This document shows positions 46,216-55,398 of a stretch of 64,000 nucleotides of DNA, piece by piece. The DNA is from Promethearchaeati archaeon SRVP18_Atabeyarchaeia-1 (GTDB lineage Archaea; Asgardarchaeota; Atabeyarchaeia; Atabeyarchaeales; Atabeyarchaeaceae). Below the pieces are notes generated by a model. That model saw only the letters and a list, made by a program, of their open reading frames with translations. It ran no database searches and had not been told where the DNA came from. The translations under genes were made by a program, and so were the position numbers. How positions within the stretch are numbered: position 1 is the first letter of the stretch; each line of letters begins with the position of its first letter. The DNA is taken from the NCBI GenBank assembly GCA_037308085.1, contig CP147779.1, forward strand, positions 2,592,001 through 2,656,000, written 5' to 3'.

Positions 46216-47151
46216 CTATCTTTCCGCGTAGAGTCTGAGGGTATCCATGAAATCTACCATGAATTTTGGCTCATCTATGGATCGGCAGACTCGCATGTTG
46301 GCTCTTGGTGTTGCGAAGCGCCTCCTTTCGGCAACAGTCATTCCTTTTGTTATCTCTCCTTTGGTCTCGACGTCGACGTACATCTGCTCCATCTTGGCAA
46401 GAGTGTTGTCGATGGCTATTGCGACTGTTAGTGGATCATGGAGGTTTCCTCCTCCCAGTTTCAGGATCTGCTCCTGGAATTTCAGCCAGGGCTCGATCCA
46501 CCTGCAGATGTAGTCTAGCGCCTTTCCCCCTGCCAGCTTGAGCGTATCCAGGTGTCTGGATCTGATGAGGGTTTTTGTGGTGACGTCCAAGGGAACGAGA
46601 GTCATGGGCATCTTCGAGTTGAAGACTATCTTGGCTGCAATTGGGTCTGAGTATATGTTGAACTCTGAAGCGGGGGTGACATTACCCGGCTCCTCTATTG
46701 CCCCGCCCATGACATAAGCTTCCTCGACTTGGCTCGGAAAGTCTGGCTCCAGTAGTATTGCCGTGGCTATGTTTGTTAGAGGACCGATGCAGACCAACGT
46801 GGTCTGCCCTGGGTGCTCTTCTACTGATTCGATTATCAGTTTTCCTGCAACCTCGGCGCTAGGCTCCGTCTGCTGCATACCCTTTAGAGGTTTTAGTGCG
46901 CCTTTCTCGACTCGAGTGCCCTCCACGCCAAGAGCTTCCAGTAGGCTTGCTGCGTTCTTGTAAGCCTGATTTCCAACGACATTTCCGAAGACTGTAGTGA
47001 TCAGTTCGACGTGCGATTCCTTTGACTTACCGAAAGCATAGGTCAAGGCCAATCCATCATCGATCCCCGCGTTGGGTGTACCCAAGCCTATGTCGGTGTC
47101 TATTATCATCTTTCTCAAAGGGTTTGACGCCACCTTTTTACAATTCTTCAA
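46216..47151 (-). CDS. Inosine-uridine preferring nucleoside hydrolase family
   Basis: DTDIG..IDDG, GPLTN, MGG, SEFNIYSDP, LHDP. Confidence 0.92.
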   Translation of the reverse strand: MKNCKKVASNPLRKMIIDTDIGLGTPNAGIDDGLALTYAFGKSKESHVELITTVFGNVVGNQAYKNAASLLEALGVEGTRVEKGALKPLKGMQQTEPSAEVAGKLIIESVEEHPGQTTLVCIGPLTNIATAILLEPDFPSQVEEAYVMGGAIEEPGNVTPASEFNIYSDPIAAKIVFNSKMPMTLVPLDVTTKTLIRSRHLDTLKLAGGKALDYICRWIEPWLKFQEQILKLGGGNLHDPLTVAIAIDNTLAKMEQMYVDVETKGEITKGMTVAERRRFATPRANMRVCRSIDEPKFMVDFMDTLRLYAER

Positions 47152-47250
47152 TTCCGGTCTCGGCTATAAGCGCTTTTCCTGTTCTGGTAGAATCGAAGCT
47201 GAATTTCGATCCGAGGTGGACAAAGAATAGAGGATCTGGTTCTGCTTCAC

Positions 47251-48651
47251 CTAGTACTTTGCCTTGAGCTCTTTCACTCCCACAACTGCCACCAAGACTG
47301 CCCCGATGGTAATCGCAGCGTTGAGCAAAAAGAGGAGTTGCATTGCCAGGAATTCCCCTAATCCAATGCTGAGTTGCAGAAAGTCCAGCAACAAGCCAGC
47401 CATCAATGGGCCCAAGGCGAGTCCTGTGTCATTAAACGTTCCCAGTAGACCGAAGGTTCTTCCACGCTTATCAGGTGGAGTTAAATCAGCGACCATGGCC
47501 ATCACAGATGGACCTACTATACCGGACGCGAAGGAGAAAACAAACACTATCACTGCCAAATACAACAAGGATGTCGCAAAAATCATCAATATCCAATAGA
47601 CGGAGGCTGCAGCTGTCACGTATATGATTATCTTTCTTCTGTTGTATTTGTCAGCAAAGCTTCCACCGATGAGAGTTGACACGGCACTCAACACAGCAGT
47701 CACGCCCCAGATTATCGACAGATCGACGAGAGTCCCCCCAAGAATATCCCATATGAGAAGCGACAGGATGAACTCCATCATGGCGAATGCGGCATTAAGA
47801 AGTAGATTCATAACCCCGATTGAAAGTACTATCCTTCTTGCTCCTGGCCTGAAGGAGTGCTGTTGTCTGCTGGGAGAGTCTGCTTTTTCGGTTGCCGTCT
47901 GAGAGCGATCTTTCTTATCCTCCGATTGCTGTGGACTTTGTGGACTATTTTCTCCTGTGTGGATTTTTCGTCTAGGCTCTTTGAGAAATAGAAGGCTCAG
48001 GATAGCCCCCAGGAAGGCGAATAGAGCAGTGAAGTAGAATATCTCCATGAACCCCCACAGGTAAGCAACTATGGGACCCAGAGCCAAGCCTAGGACGTTA
48101 CCGACTTGATAGGTCGAGTAAACCGCGCCCATAGCCCTTCCCCTTTCTTCCGCTGGAACCGTGTCTGCAACTAATGCATCCGATGCGGGCCAGAGCGAGG
48201 ATGATGACACTCCTTGCGCCACTCGATACCCAACGAATTCGACTCCAGTTGTGGCTGTGGAGTAGAGATACCCAATCGCTGAGTATGCGAATAGGGCGGG
48301 CACGATTACTTTCTTTCTGCCGATCCTGTCAGACAATCTGCCCATTAGTGGTTGAAGTATCGCCCTCATTAGCGCGAAAGTTGTGGTGAACAAACCTAGT
48401 AGTAGCCAAGTCGCCTTGATATAGTCCTTCAGATATATAGACATCACAGGGCTAAACATGCTGTAGCCGAGCATTCCTACAAGGTTTGCTACTGCAAGGA
48501 CTATGACATTACGGTAGTGTCCTAAAGTCTTTAGCGCGCTCGCCATTTTCTCTAGTCCGTCCTCTTCTCTGGCTTCTTTGCTCGGTAATGCTTGTTCTTG
48601 GTTAGGTGCGGGTAGCTCAACTGCTTTTGTTTTCCTCTTTGAAGGTTTCAT
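47251..48651 (-). CDS. MFS transporter
   Basis: GRLSDRIGRK motif A; about 12 TM helices. Confidence 0.92.
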   Translation of the reverse strand: MKPSKRKTKAVELPAPNQEQALPSKEAREEDGLEKMASALKTLGHYRNVIVLAVANLVGMLGYSMFSPVMSIYLKDYIKATWLLLGLFTTTFALMRAILQPLMGRLSDRIGRKKVIVPALFAYSAIGYLYSTATTGVEFVGYRVAQGVSSSSLWPASDALVADTVPAEERGRAMGAVYSTYQVGNVLGLALGPIVAYLWGFMEIFYFTALFAFLGAILSLLFLKEPRRKIHTGENSPQSPQQSEDKKDRSQTATEKADSPSRQQHSFRPGARRIVLSIGVMNLLLNAAFAMMEFILSLLIWDILGGTLVDLSIIWGVTAVLSAVSTLIGGSFADKYNRRKIIIYVTAAASVYWILMIFATSLLYLAVIVFVFSFASGIVGPSVMAMVADLTPPDKRGRTFGLLGTFNDTGLALGPLMAGLLLDFLQLSIGLGEFLAMQLLFLLNAAITIGAVLVAVVGVKELKAKY

Positions 48652-50647
48652 CCATCTTTGAGAAGAACTCTGAAACCTCTTCCAACTCTCGTTTCTCTAA
48701 GACAGCCCTGCTCAGGTCATCTACCGTCTCATCCAACTGTTGAATCAACCGCAGTGCCAACTGTCTGTCTCTTGTCTTTATAACCTCGCCCGTTCTGCTT
48801 CTTAGATAGACTACGCCGTTTGCAAAGGCTTTGAATTTGAATGATCCGCTTCTTACCACAGCTTTGATCTTAGGTTTCACAAGTAGCCAGAGTCTCGGTG
48901 TGCGGATCTCTTTCAGCTTACGCGTCACTCGCACAGCGGAACCATCTTCCCTGAAGCTGATTTGGTCGCCGTCGACGTGGAGACTCATGGTTCCCTTGTG
49001 GAAGATGATCTCGTCTTTCAGAGTCGCGATGTCGATGTCGCTCCCACTCCGGTCCCAAATCGTGATAAGGATCTTGTTGGGCTTTGCGATCGCTTCTGGA
49101 ACACTTTCATCAACAGCTAGAAATGGGCCGAACTTCACGACCGACTTGCCGCCGCTATCCCATACTTTGAGGGGCCCTACCCTGACATAGTCTCCATCCC
49201 TGTCGCTCCTAACGTCTATGAATGGAAGGTGCACCTTTTCGTATCCTGGTCCTTCCTCGATATTTATCCCGGGTATGTGCACGCGGCCATATTTCATTGA
49301 ATCCCGTTCTCCTAGGGTTTGCACTCGCTCACCGAAGAATCTGAACTGGTTTAGCTTGCCTTCAGCCAACTTTCTGATGTCCTCCAGGTTGTCGAACCCA
49401 GCTCTCTTTATTTCCTCGGGATAGGCCTGGAGAAGCTTCTGCTCTGACTTGATTGCTTCCCATGTTTTCGGATTTGTGAATACTACCATATCTCCATCGA
49501 ATCGATCCGAAAACTGCTTCACGTTTGCGTTGAGCGAATATTCACCCGAACCGACATAGACTGCTCCAACCTCTTCGCCTGCCAAGGTCAGGGGGACAAC
49601 AATCGTGTCAGGTCTGCTCTCAACTGATACTCTTTCGGTCTTCACGAGCTGCCCGCCTAGAGGCAGAACATATGCCGCGTCGGATAGCCTGAGCCCTTTC
49701 AGCTCTTCACTCAGCCTTCTAGCGGATTCCCGGATCGGCTTCGAGAATCTCTCCCACCACCATTTCGCCTTGACCTCGTTCTCCTTAGCCTTCAGCTCCG
49801 CCGACTTCGTCGTCGAAACTACTACACTCACAACGAGCCACCCGACGAATAGTAGGAAGAGCATGCGCTCAATATCAGGCAGGCTGAAGTAGGGAAGGAA
49901 GCCAACCCAGCGGAACGCGATCGTGACGATGACAGAGCCAAGGCACCCCATAGCAACCGAATACGAAGCTCGCTCAAGGGCAACGCGGTGTAGAGGAAAG
50001 GACGCGCTCTTCGTGACACTTCCAAGTATGTACACAGCGAATCCAGCTAGTAGTAGGTAATCAGGGAAGAAGGAAACCGGCAAACCGATGAATGCTAGTC
50101 GCCCTTTCGAGCCGAAGAGCCAGAAGAGCACTAGTATGAATGCTATGCCGTGAAGAAACCCTCCGACTCTATCTGACACGCGCTCCCACTTGTCTGAGAT
50201 GCTTCCCCCTGCTGTAATAGAGGCAATGAATAGGAAGACAAACGCCGTGCCGAGGTAACTCAAGTATAGATCCCAAGGAGCACCGTTTGGCGCGAATACC
50301 CAGACTAGCAGTATGAATTCAAAGGAAGTTGTGGCGGTTCTGCTGAGAATTGATGTGATAACTTTCGCACCAACTATGCTGCCTGCATATCCAAATACGA
50401 CGCATAGAATGAAGAAGATCTGGATATAGTCTGCAAGGAAACCGAAAGGCCACTTCCAGACGCTGAACAGCCATAGAAGCACAAAGACTAGGCATAACGC
50501 GTCTAGGGCCTTCTCAATTCGCCTTTTTAGATCATCTGCTAGCTCGTTTTCCTTCCAGATGCTTCCTTTCTCTGAGAATGGCTCGCGAGATCCTGTTTCT
50601 GCACCAGGATAACCCTTGTCAAATCCGGCCATGATGACGTTCACCAC
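48617..50647 (-). CDS. Large hypothetical membrane protein (about 8 TM plus beta-rich soluble domain)
   Basis: 676-aa ORF overlapping both neighbours. Confidence 0.75.
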   Translation of the reverse strand: MVNVIMAGFDKGYPGAETGSREPFSEKGSIWKENELADDLKRRIEKALDALCLVFVLLWLFSVWKWPFGFLADYIQIFFILCVVFGYAGSIVGAKVITSILSRTATTSFEFILLVWVFAPNGAPWDLYLSYLGTAFVFLFIASITAGGSISDKWERVSDRVGGFLHGIAFILVLFWLFGSKGRLAFIGLPVSFFPDYLLLAGFAVYILGSVTKSASFPLHRVALERASYSVAMGCLGSVIVTIAFRWVGFLPYFSLPDIERMLFLLFVGWLVVSVVVSTTKSAELKAKENEVKAKWWWERFSKPIRESARRLSEELKGLRLSDAAYVLPLGGQLVKTERVSVESRPDTIVVPLTLAGEEVGAVYVGSGEYSLNANVKQFSDRFDGDMVVFTNPKTWEAIKSEQKLLQAYPEEIKRAGFDNLEDIRKLAEGKLNQFRFFGERVQTLGERDSMKYGRVHIPGINIEEGPGYEKVHLPFIDVRSDRDGDYVRVGPLKVWDSGGKSVVKFGPFLAVDESVPEAIAKPNKILITIWDRSGSDIDIATLKDEIIFHKGTMSLHVDGDQISFREDGSAVRVTRKLKEIRTPRLWLLVKPKIKAVVRSGSFKFKAFANGVVYLRSRTGEVIKTRDRQLALRLIQQLDETVDDLSRAVLEKRELEEVSEFFSKMDETFKEENKSS

Positions 50648-51165
50648 TCCTTCTCTGAGACCTTCCTAAGAAGATAGCCTAATAGGCTGAGGGTAACACG
50701 GCCCTTCAGTGTAGAAACGTACCTTCCCCTCAGTTGCTCCTGTTCTATCAGCCCAGCTTCCCTCAATTGAGTAAGATGAAAGTTAAGAGGGCTTGGACCC
50801 AATTCAGTAAGTTCCTGGAGTCGAGAAAAATACTTGCCTTCAAGGAAAAGTGACTTCATGATCTTGATCCTGTCAGCACTTGCCAGCACTTTCATGATCT
50901 TCTCTGCGCCCTCAGGCTCTATCACTTCAACAAGCCTTGACATTTCGAAGGTCTTCGCCCCGATCTCTATGAGCCTCTCGCCAACAATTCCTTTTACCTG
51001 ATCCATCAGCATCTGCTCAATGCTTGGAGGAGCTGGAGCGGGCTTGGGAGGAGCCGTTCCCTCCTCTGCTGGCGCGACTTGTTCAGCTTGAGGTTGCTCC
51101 AGCTTGTTTCTCAGGTCAGCAACCTCTTTACTCAGAGCTTCGAAGCGTTTCTTGAGTTCCTCCAA
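50641..51165 (-). CDS. ArsR/SmtB family regulator
   Basis: KVLASADRIKIM...LNFHLTQLREAGLI. Confidence 0.85.
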   Translation of the reverse strand: MEELKKRFEALSKEVADLRNKLEQPQAEQVAPAEEGTAPPKPAPAPPSIEQMLMDQVKGIVGERLIEIGAKTFEMSRLVEVIEPEGAEKIMKVLASADRIKIMKSLFLEGKYFSRLQELTELGPSPLNFHLTQLREAGLIEQEQLRGRYVSTLKGRVTLSLLGYLLRKVSEKEW

Positions 51166-51383
51166 AAGTCAAACCTCCTCTTTTCCGGCTGCGGGGTCTC
51201 CTTGAGCACGTTTGGATACTGCCTCATCATCTCGGTGTCAGGTTCAAGCTGCTCCAGCAGATCCATCGATCTGCATTAGCAAACCTCGGGTAATTCTCAT
51301 TAAAGTCGTCTGTTTCCTCCAGTTTTGATACCTTAGAGGTCATTTTTGTTCTACCTCCATTATCATACTACCCAGCTTCATTT

Positions 51384-51434
51384 TAGTGAACTACATTATA
51401 GTGTAGTGGAACTACATTCTTATAAAGCTTTCGA
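51384..51434 (-). promoter_or_regulatory. BRE/TATA promoter with adjacent repeated operator
   Basis: Minus strand CGAAAGCTTTATAAG; repeats TAGTG(G)AACTACATT at 51384 and 51404; near-palindrome at 51390-51407. Confidence 0.6.
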
Positions 51435-51458
51435 CCATCAAAATGGAGCTATTTTTGA

Positions 51459-51699
51459 GCTCATTCGGGGTCGGCAATCAGGTGCACCTTGGATGAGAGC
51501 CCTTCTCAGCCCCATTTGGCGCCCGCAATGGAGGTGCCCAGACTTCAAGACGCGAGTATCTGCAGGAAGTCTGGCGCGGGATCTATCCAGCCAGCGCCCA
51601 GACTCACTCCGATCCTAGACCTGAGAAGTAGCCGACCAATCCAATTGAAAGGAGAACTCCGGATTGGGGAATGGATCCTGACTGGCACCCGAAATGAGC
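51459..51699 (+). ncRNA. Candidate structured non-coding RNA, family not recognised
   Basis: Long bulged closing stem plus nested 8-, 9- and 7-bp stems within an intergenic gap. Confidence 0.35.
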
Positions 51700-51711
51700 G
51701 CGACCAATGAT

Positions 51712-52605
51712 CTACTTGCCGCTCAGCGCCTTGGGGTATTCCCTTTCTATGACTTTCAGTGATTCGAGTGCCTCTGCCATGGTTAGTTCGAAGATCAATG
51801 GATGTGAGTACTTGTTACGTTCCAGAAATTCGAGCATGCTAGCCACCGGCAACTTCCCCTTCCCCAGGGTCAAGTGATCTCTCACGATCCTGATGCCCTT
51901 CCCCTTCTCTTCTCGGTACCCATCGTGAAAATGTATATTCGCCATTCGATCGAAGTTCTCCTCCAAGAAGTCCATAAAGGGGTAGATGCCAGGATAGCCA
52001 GCGAGAAGATGGCCAGTGTCGAAGCACATCGACACATCAAGCTTGTCGATTATTCTCCTCATGAGCTTGAAGGGGAATTCAACGGTTTCGATGGCCAGTC
52101 TCTTGGGCTCCAAGCTTGTTCTTGAGAGTAGCTCCTGCATACTTTTTTCTGCAATGCTTGCCATCTGGTTGCCTATGAATTCGCGATAGAAATCGCCAAC
52201 CTCTAGCCGAGAGAACTCTGCTGCCAAAGCTCCTGTGGCGTGGACGACATAGACTTCTGGTTCTAGTGGCTCGCAAAGCTTAACAGCGTCGGCCAAGACT
52301 TCGACGGAGGCTTTACGTATAAACTCGTTTGGTGACGCCGGCTCCACTGACCAGAGTGGTAGGTGGACAGTATAGGATATCTTCTCTGCATCTCTGATCG
52401 TGATCAATTCTTCAATACTCGCCTTATTAATAGAGCCAGGTATAACGTAGCCCAAATCTAGACCGAGCTCGATTACTCTGAATCCCTTCTCAATGCACCT
52501 CCTGACTATTGAGGGGGCACTGAGCCGATCCAAGTTGAGCGATCCACCCTCAGTGACCATACTGACTATCCCGGAAAACTCGAAAGGCTGTATCCCAAAT
52601 CTCAA
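51712..52605 (-). CDS. AP endonuclease 2/TIM-barrel metalloenzyme (possibly CbiR-like)
   Basis: TVHLPL, VVHATG, IET, FDTGH, HFHDG, DHLTLG. Confidence 0.75.
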   Translation of the reverse strand: MRFGIQPFEFSGIVSMVTEGGSLNLDRLSAPSIVRRCIEKGFRVIELGLDLGYVIPGSINKASIEELITIRDAEKISYTVHLPLWSVEPASPNEFIRKASVEVLADAVKLCEPLEPEVYVVHATGALAAEFSRLEVGDFYREFIGNQMASIAEKSMQELLSRTSLEPKRLAIETVEFPFKLMRRIIDKLDVSMCFDTGHLLAGYPGIYPFMDFLEENFDRMANIHFHDGYREEKGKGIRIVRDHLTLGKGKLPVASMLEFLERNKYSHPLIFELTMAEALESLKVIEREYPKALSGK

Positions 52606-52848
52606 CTTAATCCACTTCTTTGCCTAAGACTGTTGCACATAAGGGAGATGAACTCAGCAGGGCGGCACCTCTAATCTTATGAAGGTTTGTCTCTTGAATA
52701 GCTGACCACCGATTCCACGAATGCTTTTTCCTTGCATTATCTCGTGAACTGCCGACCCCGAGCGCGACAAATCTGATCCAGTAAACCAATTTCGCGTTTA
52801 ACCTTTTAAAGGATAGCATCTTTTCGCTGGCTCATTTCTGGATCTATT

Positions 52849-53574
52849 CTATGCAATGTTGAGAATGAATGCCACTGCCATTATTAGAAGGGTAATTGCG
52901 CTGATCTTAGGAACATACTTCGCATACATCTGGATCCTAGGTAAGAGGAACTGGAATGCCTTGATGCACAAGAGAGTTACACCTATGAGCGAAGCAGATA
53001 CTGCAAGACCATAGACTATCATCAACAACCAAGGATCAATGCCACCAACCGCCAGCGCGAGCAGGGCAAACTCTTCCTCATGAGCAAAGCCCAGTATGAA
53101 GGCATACAAAGCGATGCCAGTAAGACTCAATTTCATACTCTTTGCGTGCCGATGGACATGGATGTGCCGTTCTCCGCTGGGATGCTCATGTTCATGTTCG
53201 TGCTCAATCTCTCTGGGATTGCCGTGAAGGTGTCCGTGTTGAGCCTCAAACTCATCCTCAACCTTCTCCCGCCAGAAAGTGATTGCAAGCACACCCAGAA
53301 TCCCAGCGGCAACATATTTCAAAATGATAGTAGGAACGTAGAGGAAAGAAGATATGACTACGAATACTGCTGCCGCCGCGATAGATGAGAGGAAATGAAA
53401 GAAAGCAAGGATGCCCGAAGTCATCAAACCATAGAGCATCGGCCTACCTGTCTTGATGGAATACAAGAAAGCCACAGGCCATCCATGGCCTGGCTCCAAT
53501 CCATGCAGAGATCCAATCACCAGAACTCCGAAATAGGTGGATCCAATCAAGCCCCATGCCCCGCTCTCAACCAA
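52849..53574 (-). CDS. Ni/Co transporter (NiCoT/RcnA-like), His-rich loop
   Basis: LHGLEPGHGW; HEHEHEH...HIHVHRH. Confidence 0.82.
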   Translation of the reverse strand: MVESGAWGLIGSTYFGVLVIGSLHGLEPGHGWPVAFLYSIKTGRPMLYGLMTSGILAFFHFLSSIAAAAVFVVISSFLYVPTIILKYVAAGILGVLAITFWREKVEDEFEAQHGHLHGNPREIEHEHEHEHPSGERHIHVHRHAKSMKLSLTGIALYAFILGFAHEEEFALLALAVGGIDPWLLMIVYGLAVSASLIGVTLLCIKAFQFLLPRIQMYAKYVPKISAITLLIMAVAFILNIA

Positions 53575-53590
53575 ATGCTCCGGTAACCCT

Positions 53591-55351
53591 CTAACGTAGC
53601 CTAGCCAAGGATTTGCCCGTTGCAGTCTTCCTACCGTCTTGGGCGCGCAATCTTCGTGTCAGATCCCAGTCTATTCTCCTGTTCTTAATATCTATTATGA
53701 CTCCGTACTCGTTCTGCGCAGCTTCCACTGATACGAGTCCGTCCAGTACGTCCTTCAGAACCAAGTGCGGATCCCTGTCGATCGCGTTCCCATACCCACC
53801 TCCCCCTGGGGTCCTGATTATGAGCAGGTCTCCTTTGTTCATCTGAAAACTGCTTTTCGAGCCGAGTCGCCTTTCGGCGCCATCTCGACTCTTCAGCAGG
53901 TATTCTCCCAGTCCTCCTGGTTTTCCTTCATATAGTCCCCATGGGTGGATCTTGTTCCTCTCAGCTAGAATGGATACTGATGCGCCGTTCGATAGTAGCA
54001 TCCAAGTCCGCTCGATTCCTGCTCCACCCCGCCATTTGCCTGGTCCACCCGAGTCTTCCCTAAGTTCGTATTTTATGAGTCTGATAGGATAGGACGCTTC
54101 GATGGTTTCTATCGGTGTGTTCATCGTGTTGGTCATGTGAACCTGAACCCCGTCAGCACCGTCGACGCCCGAGGCTCCACCCATTCCCCCACCTATAGTT
54201 TCGTAGAAGGACCAATGTCCACTTTCATGTTCTTCTCCTCCAACTGTCACGTTGTTCATCGTACCTTGGCCTGCAGCACATATTCTGAGCGGTACCATTC
54301 CTGCGAATGCCTTGAGCAAGGTGTCAACATTTCTCTGTGACGTCTCCACGTTTCCTGCAGCGACAGGAGCAGGAAAAATCGGGTTGAGCAGCGTCCCCGC
54401 CGGTGCATAGATCTCTATTGGCCTGCTGAACCCGTCATTGGTTGGAATAGTCGGATCGGTTACGCACTTGATCGTGTAGTACACTCCCGCCACGGTGACT
54501 CCAAATGGCGCATTCACTGGTCCTCTAACCTGTCCGTCTGTGCCGGTATAGTCTATTCTGATTCTGTCGGTTTTCTTGGTCACCTTGACTCTGATTTTCA
54601 CTGGTTTTTCGTCTGTACCTGTGTCCTCCAAGTAGTCTTCTGCCTCAAATTCCCCGTCGGGCATTTCCATTATTCTTCTTCTCAGTCTTCGCTCTGAGAT
54701 GGACATTGCTTCGTCCACAGCTTCTTTAAACAGATCTGCTCCATACCTACTTACTACCTCGACTACTCGGCGTTCGCCCATATTATTGGCGGCCACCTGC
54801 GCCCTCAAGTCACCCATAGTCGTCTTTGGAGTCCTCACGTTACTCGTTATCCATCTGAGCACCTCGTCGACGATTTTTCCAGACTCCAGTAGTTTTATAG
54901 GCTCTATTATCAGACCTTCTTCTCGAAGTTCCTTAGAGTCGCTAGGCATGCTGCCTGGCGATTTTCCTCCGATGTCAGAGTGATGTGCCTTGTTCGCCAC
55001 GTAACTCACTATTTCTCCACCAAAGAAGACTGCCTGGATTAGTGTCAAATCTGGAAGGTGGGTTCCCGCTATTGCGGGATCATTAACAAGAATCATGTCC
55101 CCTCGCTCAAGTGGATCTTTATAGACCTCAAGGGTCCTTCGGACAGCCAGGGGCATTGAGCCGAGGTGAACTGGTATATGCTCCGCTTGAGCAATCAGCC
55201 TCTTCTTCGAATCGAAAATGGAGCACGAATGATCCATCCTCTCCCTGATATTTGGCGAGTATGCACTGTTTCTCAGAGCGACCCCCATCTCTTCACTTGC
55301 GTAGGTCAGAGCGCCTCTGATCAGCTCAGTTGTGATTAGATCCGCAACCAT
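53591..55351 (-). CDS. hyuB: Hydantoinase B/oxoprolinase family
   Basis: SPNIRERMD, IPVHLG, THLPD, HHSDIGG, TPGGGGYG. Confidence 0.92.
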   Translation of the reverse strand: MVADLITTELIRGALTYASEEMGVALRNSAYSPNIRERMDHSCSIFDSKKRLIAQAEHIPVHLGSMPLAVRRTLEVYKDPLERGDMILVNDPAIAGTHLPDLTLIQAVFFGGEIVSYVANKAHHSDIGGKSPGSMPSDSKELREEGLIIEPIKLLESGKIVDEVLRWITSNVRTPKTTMGDLRAQVAANNMGERRVVEVVSRYGADLFKEAVDEAMSISERRLRRRIMEMPDGEFEAEDYLEDTGTDEKPVKIRVKVTKKTDRIRIDYTGTDGQVRGPVNAPFGVTVAGVYYTIKCVTDPTIPTNDGFSRPIEIYAPAGTLLNPIFPAPVAAGNVETSQRNVDTLLKAFAGMVPLRICAAGQGTMNNVTVGGEEHESGHWSFYETIGGGMGGASGVDGADGVQVHMTNTMNTPIETIEASYPIRLIKYELREDSGGPGKWRGGAGIERTWMLLSNGASVSILAERNKIHPWGLYEGKPGGLGEYLLKSRDGAERRLGSKSSFQMNKGDLLIIRTPGGGGYGNAIDRDPHLVLKDVLDGLVSVEAAQNEYGVIIDIKNRRIDWDLTRRLRAQDGRKTATGKSLARLR

Positions 55352-55398
55352 TCAAGTCTGCACCGCCTGATTGACCAAGTGGAATTTGCTCCTTAGCT

